This document shows, in pieces, positions 50,706 to 60,584 of a DNA stretch of 64,000 nucleotides. A program made the translations under genes and the position numbers. The stretch's first letter is position 1. Every line of letters begins with the position of its first letter. Where the stretch lies: the NCBI GenBank assembly GCA_965202785.1, contig OZ241855.1, positions 1,120,001 to 1,184,000 of the forward strand, read 5' to 3'. The notes under the pieces were generated by a model. It had not been told where the DNA came from and made no database searches. It saw nothing but the letters and a program-made list of their open reading frames with translations. The stretch comes from Thermodesulfobacteriota bacterium (GTDB lineage Bacteria > Desulfobacterota_D > UBA1144 > Nemesobacterales > Nemesobacteraceae).

Positions 50706-51020
50706 ATGCACGCTGTTATAAAAACCGGTGGAAAACAGTATATAGTCAAACCGGGTGACGTTATTGATATAGAAAAAATCTCCGGCGAACCCGGCGAAGA
50801 AGTGAACTTTGAGGAAGTCCTGCTTGTGTCCGCTGACGGAGAGGATGTTAAGGTGGGCAGCCCTGTTGTTGAAAGTGCCAGGGTTGAGGGTAAAATAGTA
50901 AAACAGAAGAAAGGCGATAAGATAGTAGTCTTCAAGTTCAAAAGAAGGAAAGGGTACAGGAAAAAGGCGGGCCATCGCCAGAACCTGACCAGCGTTGAGA
51001 TTACGAGCATAAGCGCTTGA
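50706..51020 (+). CDS. rplU: 50S ribosomal protein L21
   Basis: [16 protein letters not shown]...GHRQ. Confidence 0.97.
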   Translation: MHAVIKTGGKQYIVKPGDVIDIEKISGEPGEEVNFEEVLLVSADGEDVKVGSPVVESARVEGKIVKQKKGDKIVVFKFKRRKGYRKKAGHRQNLTSVEITSISA

Positions 51021-51039
51021 TTCGCGGAGGCGAGTAAGC

Positions 51040-51294
51040 ATGTCAACCAAAAAAGGCGGCGGAAGTTCCAAAAACGGAAGGGATTCAATAGGCAGAAGGC
51101 TTGGCGTAAAGAAATTCGGAGGCCAGCCGGTTGTCAAGGGAAACATAATAGTAAGGCAGCGTGGTACCAGCATTAAGCCTGGTCTGAACGTGGGGCTTGG
51201 AAAGGATTACACGATATTCGCAATGTCTGATGGGGTTGTGAAATTTCAGAAATCCGGAAAAGGCAGAACAAAGGTTTCCGTAGTTCCCGCCTGA
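51040..51294 (+). CDS. rpmA: 50S ribosomal protein L27
   Basis: [21 protein letters not shown]. Confidence 0.97.
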   Translation: MSTKKGGGSSKNGRDSIGRRLGVKKFGGQPVVKGNIIVRQRGTSIKPGLNVGLGKDYTIFAMSDGVVKFQKSGKGRTKVSVVPA

Positions 51295-51396
51295 GCGATT
51301 CCCCGTAAAACTAGTTTTTTGTTTTTCTCCTATTATAATTACTTAATACTTTTACCGGCATGTTGTCCTTCTGGATGAGTTAGGCGGAAATTTACC

Positions 51397-52818
51397 TTGA
51401 GTCCTTTGAAAAACCGGAAAAAATCTTTCAATCTAGTTCCATTCTTTCCCGTATTTATTTTCTGTCTCTTACTTTCATTTTTGGCGATCTTTGCGTTCCA
51501 GTACTTTTATTTCCCGGAGAGATATGCCGACCTAAGAGTTGTGGAGATGGAAGAAGTGTTCAGCGAGGAGGGGCTTTTCGCTGATCGCGCAAGAAGCGTT
51601 CTTGATACGAGGAGCGATGTAGGGTACGTAAGGCTCCTTGATCATAACGGGGTGCTTGAGAAGAGTTTCGGTTTTCAGGATGACAAGGGTTTTGAGAAGT
51701 TCACTCTCAAGGGGCCTGAGGGAAAGACTGTCCTTTTGGGCCTGAGAAGCTCTGTTGGCGGGAAGTTCCACATTGATGCTTTGCTCTGGAGCCTCATTTT
51801 CGCTTCCCTGATGGCAGTTGTTTTTACTTCCCTGATACGTTTTATAAGTGATCGGGCCTTCCGTTTCCTGGGGGAATTCTCTGAAGCTGTAGGTTCTGTT
51901 GCCAGTGGAGATTACTCGGTTCGTCTGGATGGACGATCTTCGCTCATTGCGGGGGCAGGGGTTCAGTGGATCTGCCGTGAATTCAACGAAATGGCCTCCT
52001 CCCTTGAAGGCGGGTCGGTCGACCGGGATGACACGGAGGATGTGGATGATGTGGACTTTGACCGTTCCGATGAACTGCCGACGGATTTCCGCCCGAAGAT
52101 AGTCTTAAGCCAAGAGCAATCTTCTGATGTTTCTCCATTTCAGGCCCCCGAAGATTCCTTTGATGAGGGCTTGGTGGAAATCGTGGATGTTTCTGATGAG
52201 GAGGATGCCGAACCTGAACAAGAGACTTCCTCTGCCGTTACCGAGATTGCGGATTCCGATGGAGACAAGATAGATGTCAGCATACTCGTCGTAAAGATCG
52301 CGGATTTTGAAAGCCTGATTGAAGATGTTTCGCCATCCAGCGTCAACTCTCTTACGGCCGATTACAGAAAATCCGTTTCAACCACTATAGCCTCCTTCGG
52401 AGGAACCATAGAAGCCGTATTTCGCGATGAGGTCGTGGCTTTTTTCACCAACTCCGGTCCCGGACCCGCTGCGAAGCTCAACTGCGTATGCTGCGCGGTT
52501 GAGATGATGCAGCTTTTCGTCGGGGTGGTCGATGGTCAGAAAGTCTCTACTGGGTCGGATATAAAGCTTAAGATGGGCATTTCCTCGGCGTGTTTGTCGG
52601 TATCAGATGAATCGGACGTTTTTGCGCTTGCAAAACCCTTTGTGGACGAGGCTAAGGCTCTTTGCGATGGAGCGAGGACTTGGAGTGTATTTGTTACGAC
52701 CGGTTTCCGCGAAGGCGCAAGCGATTATCTCGAAGTGAGACGTGAAAAGCTCGATGGGAATCTCTGTTACGCCGTTACCGGAGTTGAGGAAGAAGCGTTG
52801 CAGCGGACCGGAAAATAG
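51397..52818 (+). CDS. Membrane protein with HAMP and degenerate class III nucleotidyl cyclase domain
   Basis: Two TM helices, HAMP (VASGDYSVRL...FNEMA), acidic linker, cyclase-like VSILVVKIADF...FGGTI..FRDEVVAFF...KMGIS. Confidence 0.6.
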   Translation: MSPLKNRKKSFNLVPFFPVFIFCLLLSFLAIFAFQYFYFPERYADLRVVEMEEVFSEEGLFADRARSVLDTRSDVGYVRLLDHNGVLEKSFGFQDDKGFEKFTLKGPEGKTVLLGLRSSVGGKFHIDALLWSLIFASLMAVVFTSLIRFISDRAFRFLGEFSEAVGSVASGDYSVRLDGRSSLIAGAGVQWICREFNEMASSLEGGSVDRDDTEDVDDVDFDRSDELPTDFRPKIVLSQEQSSDVSPFQAPEDSFDEGLVEIVDVSDEEDAEPEQETSSAVTEIADSDGDKIDVSILVVKIADFESLIEDVSPSSVNSLTADYRKSVSTTIASFGGTIEAVFRDEVVAFFTNSGPGPAAKLNCVCCAVEMMQLFVGVVDGQKVSTGSDIKLKMGISSACLSVSDESDVFALAKPFVDEAKALCDGARTWSVFVTTGFREGASDYLEVRREKLDGNLCYAVTGVEEEALQRTGK

Positions 52819-52952
52819 CACTCTTTTCTTACTTTGCTACGCTCTTTCAATTCAGTTTTTTACCATTCCTGTTATATTTTCTCTTCTTGGCTGAAAACCG
52901 GCTTCTCAGCCAGTAGCGGTTCACCGTACTGTGTGCTTGGGGTTTTTGTTAA

Positions 52953-55571
52953 ATGAAAGGATACGAGGTTAGAAGAGAATTTATCGAGTATTTCTCCGAA
53001 AGGGGACACGAACCGGTGCGCAGTTCCACTCTTATACCGGAGAACGATCCGACCCTCCTTTTTACCAACGCCGGGATGGTTCAGTTTAAAAATGTTTTCA
53101 CTGGGAATGAAACTAGGGATTTTAAAAGAGCGGTCTCTTCCCAGAAGTGCCTCAGGGCCGGAGGAAAGCACAACGATCTTGACAATGTCGGGTATACGGC
53201 GAGACATCACACTTTTTTTGAAATGCTCGGGAATTTTTCCTTTGGCGATTATTTCAAGGAAGGAGCCATCAGTTATGGATGGGACCTTATTACCAATGTT
53301 TACGGGCTTCCCAAGGAAAAACTCTGGGTCACCGTTTATAAGGACGACGACGAGGCTTTTGAGATCTGGAACAAAGATATCGGTGTTGCCAAGAAAAGGA
53401 TCGTGAGGATGGGGGAGAAAGACAATTTCTGGTCAATGGGAGATACGGGTCCGTGCGGTCCGTGTTCCGAAATACTGATAGATCAGGGAGAATCGCTTGG
53501 CTGCGGGAAAGCGGGGTGCGCCGTCGGATGCGAGTGCGATCGTTACCTTGAGCTCTGGAATCTCGTGTTCATGCAGTTTGAGAGAGACCAGAAAGGAGAG
53601 ATGACCCCTCTTCCTCGTCCCAGCATCGACACGGGGCTTGGGCTTGAAAGAATTACAGCGGTTCTTCAGGGAGTGCCGAGCAACTATGAGACCGACCTTT
53701 TAAGAGGGATAATAAGCAAGATAGAGGAGCTTTCCGGAAGAGATTATTCCACCGACCGCTCGACCGAGGTTGCGATGAGGGTTATAGCGGATCATTCAAG
53801 AGCGCTCGCCTTTCTCATCTCGGACGGAGTATTCCCGTCAAACGAAGGTAGGGGATACGTTCTTAGAAGAATACTCAGAAGAGCGGTCCGCCACTCCAAG
53901 TTTCTTGGAATAGACGAACCTTTTATCTACAGGGTCCTGCCCGCGGTTGAGGGGATCATGGCGGATTTCTATCCTGAGATCAGGGAGAAGGGGGATTTTG
54001 TATCTCAGGTTGTAAAAAGCGAGGAGGAGAGATTCCTCGAGACGGTGGACAGGGGACTTGAACTTCTTAACCAGGAAATTGCAAAGCTTGGGAAAAAGAA
54101 AAAGCTCTCTGGAAAAGTGGTTTTCAGTCTCTACGATACATACGGGTTCCCCGTCGATCTAACCGAAGACATAACTAGAACCGAGGGCATAGATATTGAC
54201 CTCCGGGGCTTTGAGAAGGAAATGGAGAGACAGAGGACCAAGTCAAGAAAAGCCCGTGGCGGAGGAGAAAACGGTCTTACATCTGTTTTGCTTGAACTCG
54301 CCGGAGAGATGGCGACAGAGTTTGTTGGATACAAGACTATCTCTTCTGAAGGCGCGGTTACTGGAATAATAAGTCAGGGAGAGATTTCCGACACGGCTTG
54401 GGAGGGTCAGGAAGCCCAGATAATTACTGACATCACCCCTTTTTACGGGGAGTCGGGCGGACAGATCGGGGACAGGGGTGAAATTGCCGGGGCAGGATTT
54501 CACGCGAAGGTCCTCGATACGAAAAAGCTCACCCCCACGTTTTTCATTCACAATGTCATTGTCGAGAAGGGGAATGCGCAGGTCGGTGACACGGTGCACA
54601 TGGAGGTTGACCCCGTGTTCAGACAGGGAGTTACGGCTCACCACACCTCAACACATCTACTTCACGCCGTTTTAAAGGAAGTCCTAGGCAATCACGTTAA
54701 CCAGGCAGGATCGTTCGTCGGGCCCGACAGACTCAGGTTTGATTTTAGCCACTATTCCTCGATCGAGAGGCAGCAGCTCGACTCCATAGAACAGATTATT
54801 AACGAGAGGATAAGGCGTGACGACCAGGTCGTGACAAAAGAAGATGTTTCGTACGACGAGGCCATAAAGGACGGGGCTACCGCTATATTCGAAGAGAAAT
54901 ACGGCGACAGGGTTAGGGTGGTAATGATAGGGGACTACAGCAAGGAGCTTTGCGGCGGTACCCATGTCAGGGCCTCGGGTGAGATAGGAATGGTGAAGAT
55001 AGTGTCGGAGAGCGCGTCTTCTGCGGGAGTAAGGAGGATCGAGGCCGTAAGCGGTCAGGCGGCATGGAATTACATGAAAGGTCAGGAAAATATCCTGAAC
55101 GAATTCTCCACCACTCTTAACGCTCCCCGCTCCGAACTTCTTTCTAGACTTGCCGGAGTGATTGATGAAAACGCCCGGCTCCAAGCGGAAATCGAGTCTT
55201 TCAGGGCGAGGACTCTTGTAGAAACGGCCTCCGGGCTGATTGACAAAGTTGAGGATGTGGGAGGAGTTAATCTGCTTCGGGTCAAAGTTTCTGTTTCGAA
55301 ACCTGCAGAACTGCGTTCTCTTTGGGATTACTTAAAGGGGAGAATGAATAACGGCATCGCTGTACTTGTCGCTGAGAACAGAAGCCAGGTTTTTATTCTT
55401 GTGGGTATTACCAAGGATCTTGTCGGCAGTTATCACGCTGGAAAAATCGTAAAGGAGCTTGCCGAAATTGTAGGCGGAAAAGGGGGCGGAGGTGCCGAGA
55501 TGGCGCAGGCGGGCGGAAATATGCCTGGAAATATACCGAAGATGCTTGGCCACTTGGGAGATCTCATATGA
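52953..55571 (+). CDS. alaS: Alanine--tRNA ligase
   Basis: TLLFTNAGMVQFK, HHTFFEMLGNFSFGDY, ELCGGTH, GGKGGG. Confidence 0.99.
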   Translation: MKGYEVRREFIEYFSERGHEPVRSSTLIPENDPTLLFTNAGMVQFKNVFTGNETRDFKRAVSSQKCLRAGGKHNDLDNVGYTARHHTFFEMLGNFSFGDYFKEGAISYGWDLITNVYGLPKEKLWVTVYKDDDEAFEIWNKDIGVAKKRIVRMGEKDNFWSMGDTGPCGPCSEILIDQGESLGCGKAGCAVGCECDRYLELWNLVFMQFERDQKGEMTPLPRPSIDTGLGLERITAVLQGVPSNYETDLLRGIISKIEELSGRDYSTDRSTEVAMRVIADHSRALAFLISDGVFPSNEGRGYVLRRILRRAVRHSKFLGIDEPFIYRVLPAVEGIMADFYPEIREKGDFVSQVVKSEEERFLETVDRGLELLNQEIAKLGKKKKLSGKVVFSLYDTYGFPVDLTEDITRTEGIDIDLRGFEKEMERQRTKSRKARGGGENGLTSVLLELAGEMATEFVGYKTISSEGAVTGIISQGEISDTAWEGQEAQIITDITPFYGESGGQIGDRGEIAGAGFHAKVLDTKKLTPTFFIHNVIVEKGNAQVGDTVHMEVDPVFRQGVTAHHTSTHLLHAVLKEVLGNHVNQAGSFVGPDRLRFDFSHYSSIERQQLDSIEQIINERIRRDDQVVTKEDVSYDEAIKDGATAIFEEKYGDRVRVVMIGDYSKELCGGTHVRASGEIGMVKIVSESASSAGVRRIEAVSGQAAWNYMKGQENILNEFSTTLNAPRSELLSRLAGVIDENARLQAEIESFRARTLVETASGLIDKVEDVGGVNLLRVKVSVSKPAELRSLWDYLKGRMNNGIAVLVAENRSQVFILVGITKDLVGSYHAGKIVKELAEIVGGKGGGGAEMAQAGGNMPGNIPKMLGHLGDLI

Positions 55572-56398
55572 AAAATATTATCGATCTATTTGCAAATCTC
55601 GTTTTGATGAAGACTTGTAGAGCAAAGTTTTTGGCCGCCAGTTTAGCAGTCTTTCTGTCGGTTTCTTTGATCATTCCGAATGCCGTTTTTGCGGGTGGCG
55701 TGCCGGATAATCCCCCGCAGAACGAAGGGCCTATACACTTCGACAAATACGCTGGGATCTTTATCGGTCCCGGTTTTATGGAGAACCGGATAACAGATGT
55801 TGATGGTTTTGCTGACTGGGGCAATCCCGGTTCGGTTTCCAAATATGACGATACGGGCTTTGTCGGTGGTGTTATTGTAGGAAAAAAATTCGATGTTAGT
55901 GTCTTGACCTTGAGAATGGAGCTTGACGGTATGTTGACCAACGTGTCGGCATCAACCGACAAACTTGATCCCGAAGGTTTGGATGAAACTGCCGAATCGG
56001 AATTTTCGTGGATCGTTTCTGCACGCGGGGGAGTTGAACAAGCGATTGGTCGCGCAACGGTCTTTGTAACCGCGGGACTGGCTTTTGCCGACATCAGCAA
56101 CTCGGTGACCGATATTGATTCCAGTGATTCTGGCTCCATGGTGGATCCCGACGATTCTTTCAGTAAGGATTCAACGGAAATGGGTTGGGTGATCGGAGCT
56201 GGCGCGGAAGCCGCGTTGTCCGACGCTTGGGCTTTGAGGCTCGAAGGCTTGTATCTGGATTTTGGAGAGAGTACTCATCTTGTCAACCGCTCCGCGAACA
56301 ACCGCTGCTGCGGACCCGAAACTCCCAGAAGGGCCGCATCCTACGAAGTTGAAAACAGAATTTCCATTGCCCGCTTGGCAATAATTCGCCGGTTCTGA
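55568..56398 (+). CDS. Outer-membrane beta-barrel protein (OmpA-like/Omp25-type)
   Basis: Signal peptide, amphipathic strands GWVIGAGAE, LRLEGLYLDFG, terminal Phe. Confidence 0.8.
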   Translation: MKNIIDLFANLVLMKTCRAKFLAASLAVFLSVSLIIPNAVFAGGVPDNPPQNEGPIHFDKYAGIFIGPGFMENRITDVDGFADWGNPGSVSKYDDTGFVGGVIVGKKFDVSVLTLRMELDGMLTNVSASTDKLDPEGLDETAESEFSWIVSARGGVEQAIGRATVFVTAGLAFADISNSVTDIDSSDSGSMVDPDDSFSKDSTEMGWVIGAGAEAALSDAWALRLEGLYLDFGESTHLVNRSANNRCCGPETPRRAASYEVENRISIARLAIIRRF

Positions 56399-56588
56399 GT
56401 TCAATAAATCCATCAGACTGTCTTGTGAATTCCAAGTACGCTTTGAAGAGTTGCTCTTTGCAGTGTTCAGGCTGTCCGGGCAAAGAAGTTCATTTCTACT
56501 CAGAAAATTCATGGAAGGGGATGGATGTTGAGTGTTTAAAGGTCCCGGGGGAGGCGATTGTAAGAATGAAACTCAGATTTTTTGCTCA

Positions 56589-56695
56589 AGCGGGGTCGAG
56601 GACCCCCTATGAATTCACGGTGACCGGCCCTATGCCTTCATCGCTAGATGAAGTCACCGCCATGTCCCACAGACTATAAGGGACCTCGATCCGCT
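56589..56695. repeat. Nested inverted-repeat element (REPIN/MITE-like)
   Basis: AGCGGGGTCGAGGACCCCCTAT and ATAAGGGACCTCGATCCGCT arms; inner CGGTGAC/GTCACCG and CTTCATC/GATGAAG. Confidence 0.5.
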
Positions 56696-56729
56696 AGACT
56701 TTTTCCGCTTCGCTTGGAGAAAACGGAAA

Positions 56730-57665
56730 TCAGAACGCATATTTCATTACCAGACTGACTCCGAATGCGCTTAAGTCGTCAGTCTCAATTGTATACTCAA
56801 CTGTGTTCGTTCCCGGGCCATTATTTGGGGCGTGACCGCGCAACTGGTCCCATACATCTCCGCCGCTGAACTTGGCGTACTGGACCCAGCGTCCCTTGAC
56901 TCCGATTGAAGCACTATCGGTCAGCATGTAATCTACTCCGACCACCGCCTGGTAACCGAACACCGTATCTTCGAGAGTATGGCTCGCCGTGCTCGTGACG
57001 CCAGCAATTCTTTGATGTAGAGCTTGGCGGTCCTCTTCTTCGTTGCCGGAACCCAGATACTCCGCATCGTCCGCGGTCGTAATTACATCCGGGTTTATAT
57101 TGCGGGCCCAGACAGCGTCAAATTCCACTTCGGCCATTCCGAAACCCACCCCACCTCCGATGTAAGGACGGAGTTGCCCGGGAACCGGAAGGTCATAGTA
57201 AACGTTTACAAACAGACTGTTTATATTTACCGCTCCTATGCGCTCATCAGAACGGACAAGCTCCTGATTTGCTTTATCCGCAATATCCTGACCTCCTCCA
57301 ACAACCGAGGATGTCGTATCGTATTGCGCGCCGAAGTTAAAATACTCGGCTTCAATTCTCGCGCCAAAATCTGTGCTGACGCCTAAAGCGGCGCCGGCGA
57401 TTATTCCAGTTGCACCGTCAAAGCTGTTATTCCAGACTGATGTCCCGGAAGAACATACACCAGATGCAAAATGGTTATCGTCCGCCGGATTGTTTAAGTG
57501 TTGATCGCACAGCGTGCTGAAATCAGTATCACTGGCGTCGGTATCCAGAGAACTCCCGATACCGAATCCCAATTCAGTACTTATATACAACTGCTGGGCG
57601 TTTGATGAGAAAGAGATCAGTATCAGAACAAGTAAAAAAGAGGTAAAGGTTAGATATCTACTCAT
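56730..57665 (-). CDS. Outer-membrane beta-barrel protein (opacity/surface-antigen-like)
   Basis: AGGAGGT RBS, signal peptide, RIEAEY, NVYYD, PYIGGGVG, GYQAVVG, terminal YAF. Confidence 0.85.
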   Translation of the reverse strand: MSRYLTFTSFLLVLILISFSSNAQQLYISTELGFGIGSSLDTDASDTDFSTLCDQHLNNPADDNHFASGVCSSGTSVWNNSFDGATGIIAGAALGVSTDFGARIEAEYFNFGAQYDTTSSVVGGGQDIADKANQELVRSDERIGAVNINSLFVNVYYDLPVPGQLRPYIGGGVGFGMAEVEFDAVWARNINPDVITTADDAEYLGSGNEEEDRQALHQRIAGVTSTASHTLEDTVFGYQAVVGVDYMLTDSASIGVKGRWVQYAKFSGGDVWDQLRGHAPNNGPGTNTVEYTIETDDLSAFGVSLVMKYAF

Positions 57666-57856
57666 TTCATACCTCCTATAAATTGCTGTGTAGGAATAAA
57701 GAACCACACCACCTACTAAAGAACATATTATAATTCGGGCACTAATTCAATTAAAATTTGCGGTTGCAATTGAAAAACAAAAGATTCGTAAATAGTTAGA
57801 GATTTCAGTATGTTATGGGAAAGAATCCCTTCGGGCCTATACTTGTTCCGGGAATT

Positions 57857-58747
57857 CTATACATGAAAATGTTCTTTTTGGAATTCCTTCCTGATCTTGT
57901 TAAGAGCGTTTTTTTCTATCTGTCTTACACGTTCTCTTGAGATGCCGAATTTACGGGAAAGCTTTTCAAGAGTTTCGGGAGAATCGGTGAGAATCCGTCT
58001 TTCGATAATGTATCTTTCCCTGTCTTTTAGGTTCGCCAGGGCTTCTTTTATCTTCTTGGCCACAAGCGGGCGGGTTTGGGAATCTTCGAGGAACTGCTCC
58101 TGATCAAACGTGTCCCCCAGCATGTCAATGTAGGTGCGTTCCGTGCTGCCTTCTATGTTCGCGTCAAGAGACAGGTCTTTTCCGGACATTATCCGATCCA
58201 TCTCAATTACCTGGCTGTCCGGCACGTCAAGCTCCTTGGCTATCTCGGAGTAAATATCCTCCTCCATCTCAACTCCTGTGGCTTCGATTCTGCTCTTCGT
58301 TGACCTAAGTTTGTAGAAGAGCTTTCTTTGCGACTGGTTCGTCCCGACTTTTACCAGGCTCCAGGTTCTCATTATGTGGTTCTGTATGTAAGCCCTTATC
58401 CACCAGACCGCATATGAGATGAGCCTGTATCCCTTGGTAGGATCAAAGCCTTTTACGGCCTTCATGAGTCCTATGTTGCCTTCCTGGATAAGGTCCAAGG
58501 TGTTTACGTTATAGTTTTTGTATTCGTTTGCAATACGCACGACGAACTTCAGGTTTGATACTATCAGTTTTCTAGCGGCTTCAAGATCACCCGTTTCCCT
58601 GTGCCTCATCGCGAGTTCGTATTCTTCTTCCCTGCTCAAGACAGGGTAGTCCCTGATCTGTGCCAGATAGCTTTGCAGGGAGTTTGAAAGTGCGGGAAGA
58701 GATGAACTCACTTCCTCCGGCTTCTTTTCTTCTTTTTTTTCGGCCAT
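57857..58747 (-). CDS. rpoH: RNA polymerase sigma factor, RpoH family
   Basis: DLIQEGNIGLMKAV, YAVWWIRA, RpoH box QRKLFYKLR, SRERVRQIE. Confidence 0.85.
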   Translation of the reverse strand: MAEKKEEKKPEEVSSSLPALSNSLQSYLAQIRDYPVLSREEEYELAMRHRETGDLEAARKLIVSNLKFVVRIANEYKNYNVNTLDLIQEGNIGLMKAVKGFDPTKGYRLISYAVWWIRAYIQNHIMRTWSLVKVGTNQSQRKLFYKLRSTKSRIEATGVEMEEDIYSEIAKELDVPDSQVIEMDRIMSGKDLSLDANIEGSTERTYIDMLGDTFDQEQFLEDSQTRPLVAKKIKEALANLKDRERYIIERRILTDSPETLEKLSRKFGISRERVRQIEKNALNKIRKEFQKEHFHV

Positions 58748-58831
58748 TTTTACTTGGTATTAGATTTGTTGACTGTTCTTCTTATCTATATAAAATTAAC
58801 TACTCCTTGGGTTTTTTCTATTTTCTACAGT

Positions 58832-58907
58832 TCCGGCGTAGCTCAGTTGGCAGAGCAGATGACTGTTAATCATCGGGTCGCAGGTTCGAGCCCTGCCGCC
58901 GGAGCCA
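58832..58907 (+). tRNA. tRNA-Asn (GTT)
   Basis: 76-nt cloverleaf: TCCGGCG/CGCCGGA acceptor, GATGA-CTGTTAA-TCATC anticodon arm, GTTCGAG T-loop, encoded CCA. Confidence 0.98.
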
Positions 58908-58918
58908 AATTCCTGTTC

Positions 58919-60088
58919 CTAAAAATCTGTTTCATGCAGTTTATGCCAGGGAACGATATTTCCGTCCGCACGTTTCTGAAATTGATCACCGCCATAGACT
59001 ATGATGGTGTCACACGGACTGGGTAATTCGGTTAAATGCCGGCGGACGCGCCGTACCCCGCTGAACAGACTGGACGATGCCGTTGCAGTGGATTTTGCAT
59101 CGACAAGAATAATGCGGGAGGGAGACTCAATGATAAGATCTCCTTCCGCCCCGTTACGGTCTCGGTAAAACGACAGACCTCTCGTTTCACCCCTGTTGCT
59201 TCGATGTTTTTTTATCTCGGAGATTGCCCAGGTTTCGAAGATTGGCCCGCGGAGTGGATGTGAGTGCAGTTGCTCGGGCGTACGGATGCCTAGAAGCCAG
59301 CAGACAAGCCCAGTGTCGTAGAAATGCAGTTTCGGCATTTTCACAAGCCTCTTGCGCAGATTCGAGTGAAACGGCGGAAGACGGAAAACGATAAAACTCG
59401 TCTCAAGTATGTTAAGCCAGGCTTTCGCGCTCGGTTGTGATATACCGCAGTCATCAGCCAGTGACGAATAGTTAAGCAACTGCGCTGTACGGCCGGCACA
59501 CAGTTGGATAAACCGTTGGAATGTCGCGATATCGGCCACATTGCTGATTGTCCGCACGTCACGTTCTATGTAAGCGGTAACATACGAGCGGAACCAGTCT
59601 GCCGGGTCAAGATCAAGATCAAATATGCGTGGGTATCCACCGGCAAAAAGGGTCTCTTCAAGGTTCCCGGGATATTTATCAAACCGCGTAATTTCCTCAC
59701 GTGCTAGAGGAAACAGGTTGTATACCGCGGTCCGCCCCGCTAACGACTGACTGACCGACTTGAGTAAAGAGAAGTTCTGTGAGCCCGTTAGAATCCAACG
59801 CCCGGGTGCCGGGTCCTCGTCGATTATACCTTGCAGATAGGAAAGAAGATCAGGCACGCGCTGCACCTCGTCGATAATACAGCCTTTTGGAAATTGAGCC
59901 AGAAAAGCCCGCGGGTCTTCCATCGCGAAAGCTCGTACATCCGGAGCTTCGAGGCTTGAGTACGGGTGACGCGGGAACAAGGATTTGCACAGGGTGGTCT
60001 TACCGCTTTGCCGAGGTCCCGTAAGCGTTATGCAGGGGAGCTTCCGTGCCGCTTCAATAAGCTTTGGTGCCAGATCGCGATCAATCAT
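58919..60088 (-). CDS. AAA_14 ATPase with DUF4143 domain
   Basis: GPRQSGKTT, IIDEVQ, LTGS, YIERDV, KMPKLHFYDTG, FYRD..GAE.D. Confidence 0.9.
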   Translation of the reverse strand: MIDRDLAPKLIEAARKLPCITLTGPRQSGKTTLCKSLFPRHPYSSLEAPDVRAFAMEDPRAFLAQFPKGCIIDEVQRVPDLLSYLQGIIDEDPAPGRWILTGSQNFSLLKSVSQSLAGRTAVYNLFPLAREEITRFDKYPGNLEETLFAGGYPRIFDLDLDPADWFRSYVTAYIERDVRTISNVADIATFQRFIQLCAGRTAQLLNYSSLADDCGISQPSAKAWLNILETSFIVFRLPPFHSNLRKRLVKMPKLHFYDTGLVCWLLGIRTPEQLHSHPLRGPIFETWAISEIKKHRSNRGETRGLSFYRDRNGAEGDLIIESPSRIILVDAKSTATASSSLFSGVRRVRRHLTELPSPCDTIIVYGGDQFQKRADGNIVPWHKLHETDF

Positions 60089-60168
60089 AATGAGTCGCAG
60101 TCTAACGGATAAATTAGGCTATTTCAAATTTCTTTTTTAAAACAGCCTAGAATTGTTTCGGGAGTTCT

Positions 60169-60516
60169 CTAGATCAGGTAGTAAATCAACATGAAGAGGT
60201 ACCGCATGTTCGGGCTTGAGTTGTGAGTCTCAAGCCTCGCCGAGAGATCCCCTATGCCGCCGAAAAATGAGTCGTTATAGACTTCCGCCACTCTTTTGAA
60301 CTCGTCGAACTTGATAAGCGGTGGTTCGCGAACGGCAAGCGGCCTCACGTTTTTCTCTGCGGAAGTTATCCTGATTCCGTCACCTTCAGTAGTGGCCAAG
60401 AACCATCGCTGGGAGTCTTCGAGCATAAGCTCTATGCCGCCTTCGGTTTTCTGTCTAAGGATTTCCCACTCTTCTTCTTTGGATTCGCTGAAAGGTATTT
60501 TTCTGTCTGCAAGCAT
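60169..60516 (-). CDS. Hypothetical protein
   Basis: 115-aa ORF downstream of uvrA on the same strand; GGAGAG upstream. Confidence 0.55.
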   Translation of the reverse strand: MLADRKIPFSESKEEEWEILRQKTEGGIELMLEDSQRWFLATTEGDGIRITSAEKNVRPLAVREPPLIKFDEFKRVAEVYNDSFFGGIGDLSARLETHNSSPNMRYLFMLIYYLI

Positions 60517-60584
60517 TTTTTCTCTCCGACAAGATTATTTTTAAGGTTTTATTCTACCCCATGTCGAAAAAATATATAACCCGG

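Noticed and set aside
56425-56679. 84-aa ORF between the two OMP genes
   Set aside because: No clear RBS or motif, and it runs through the palindromic element
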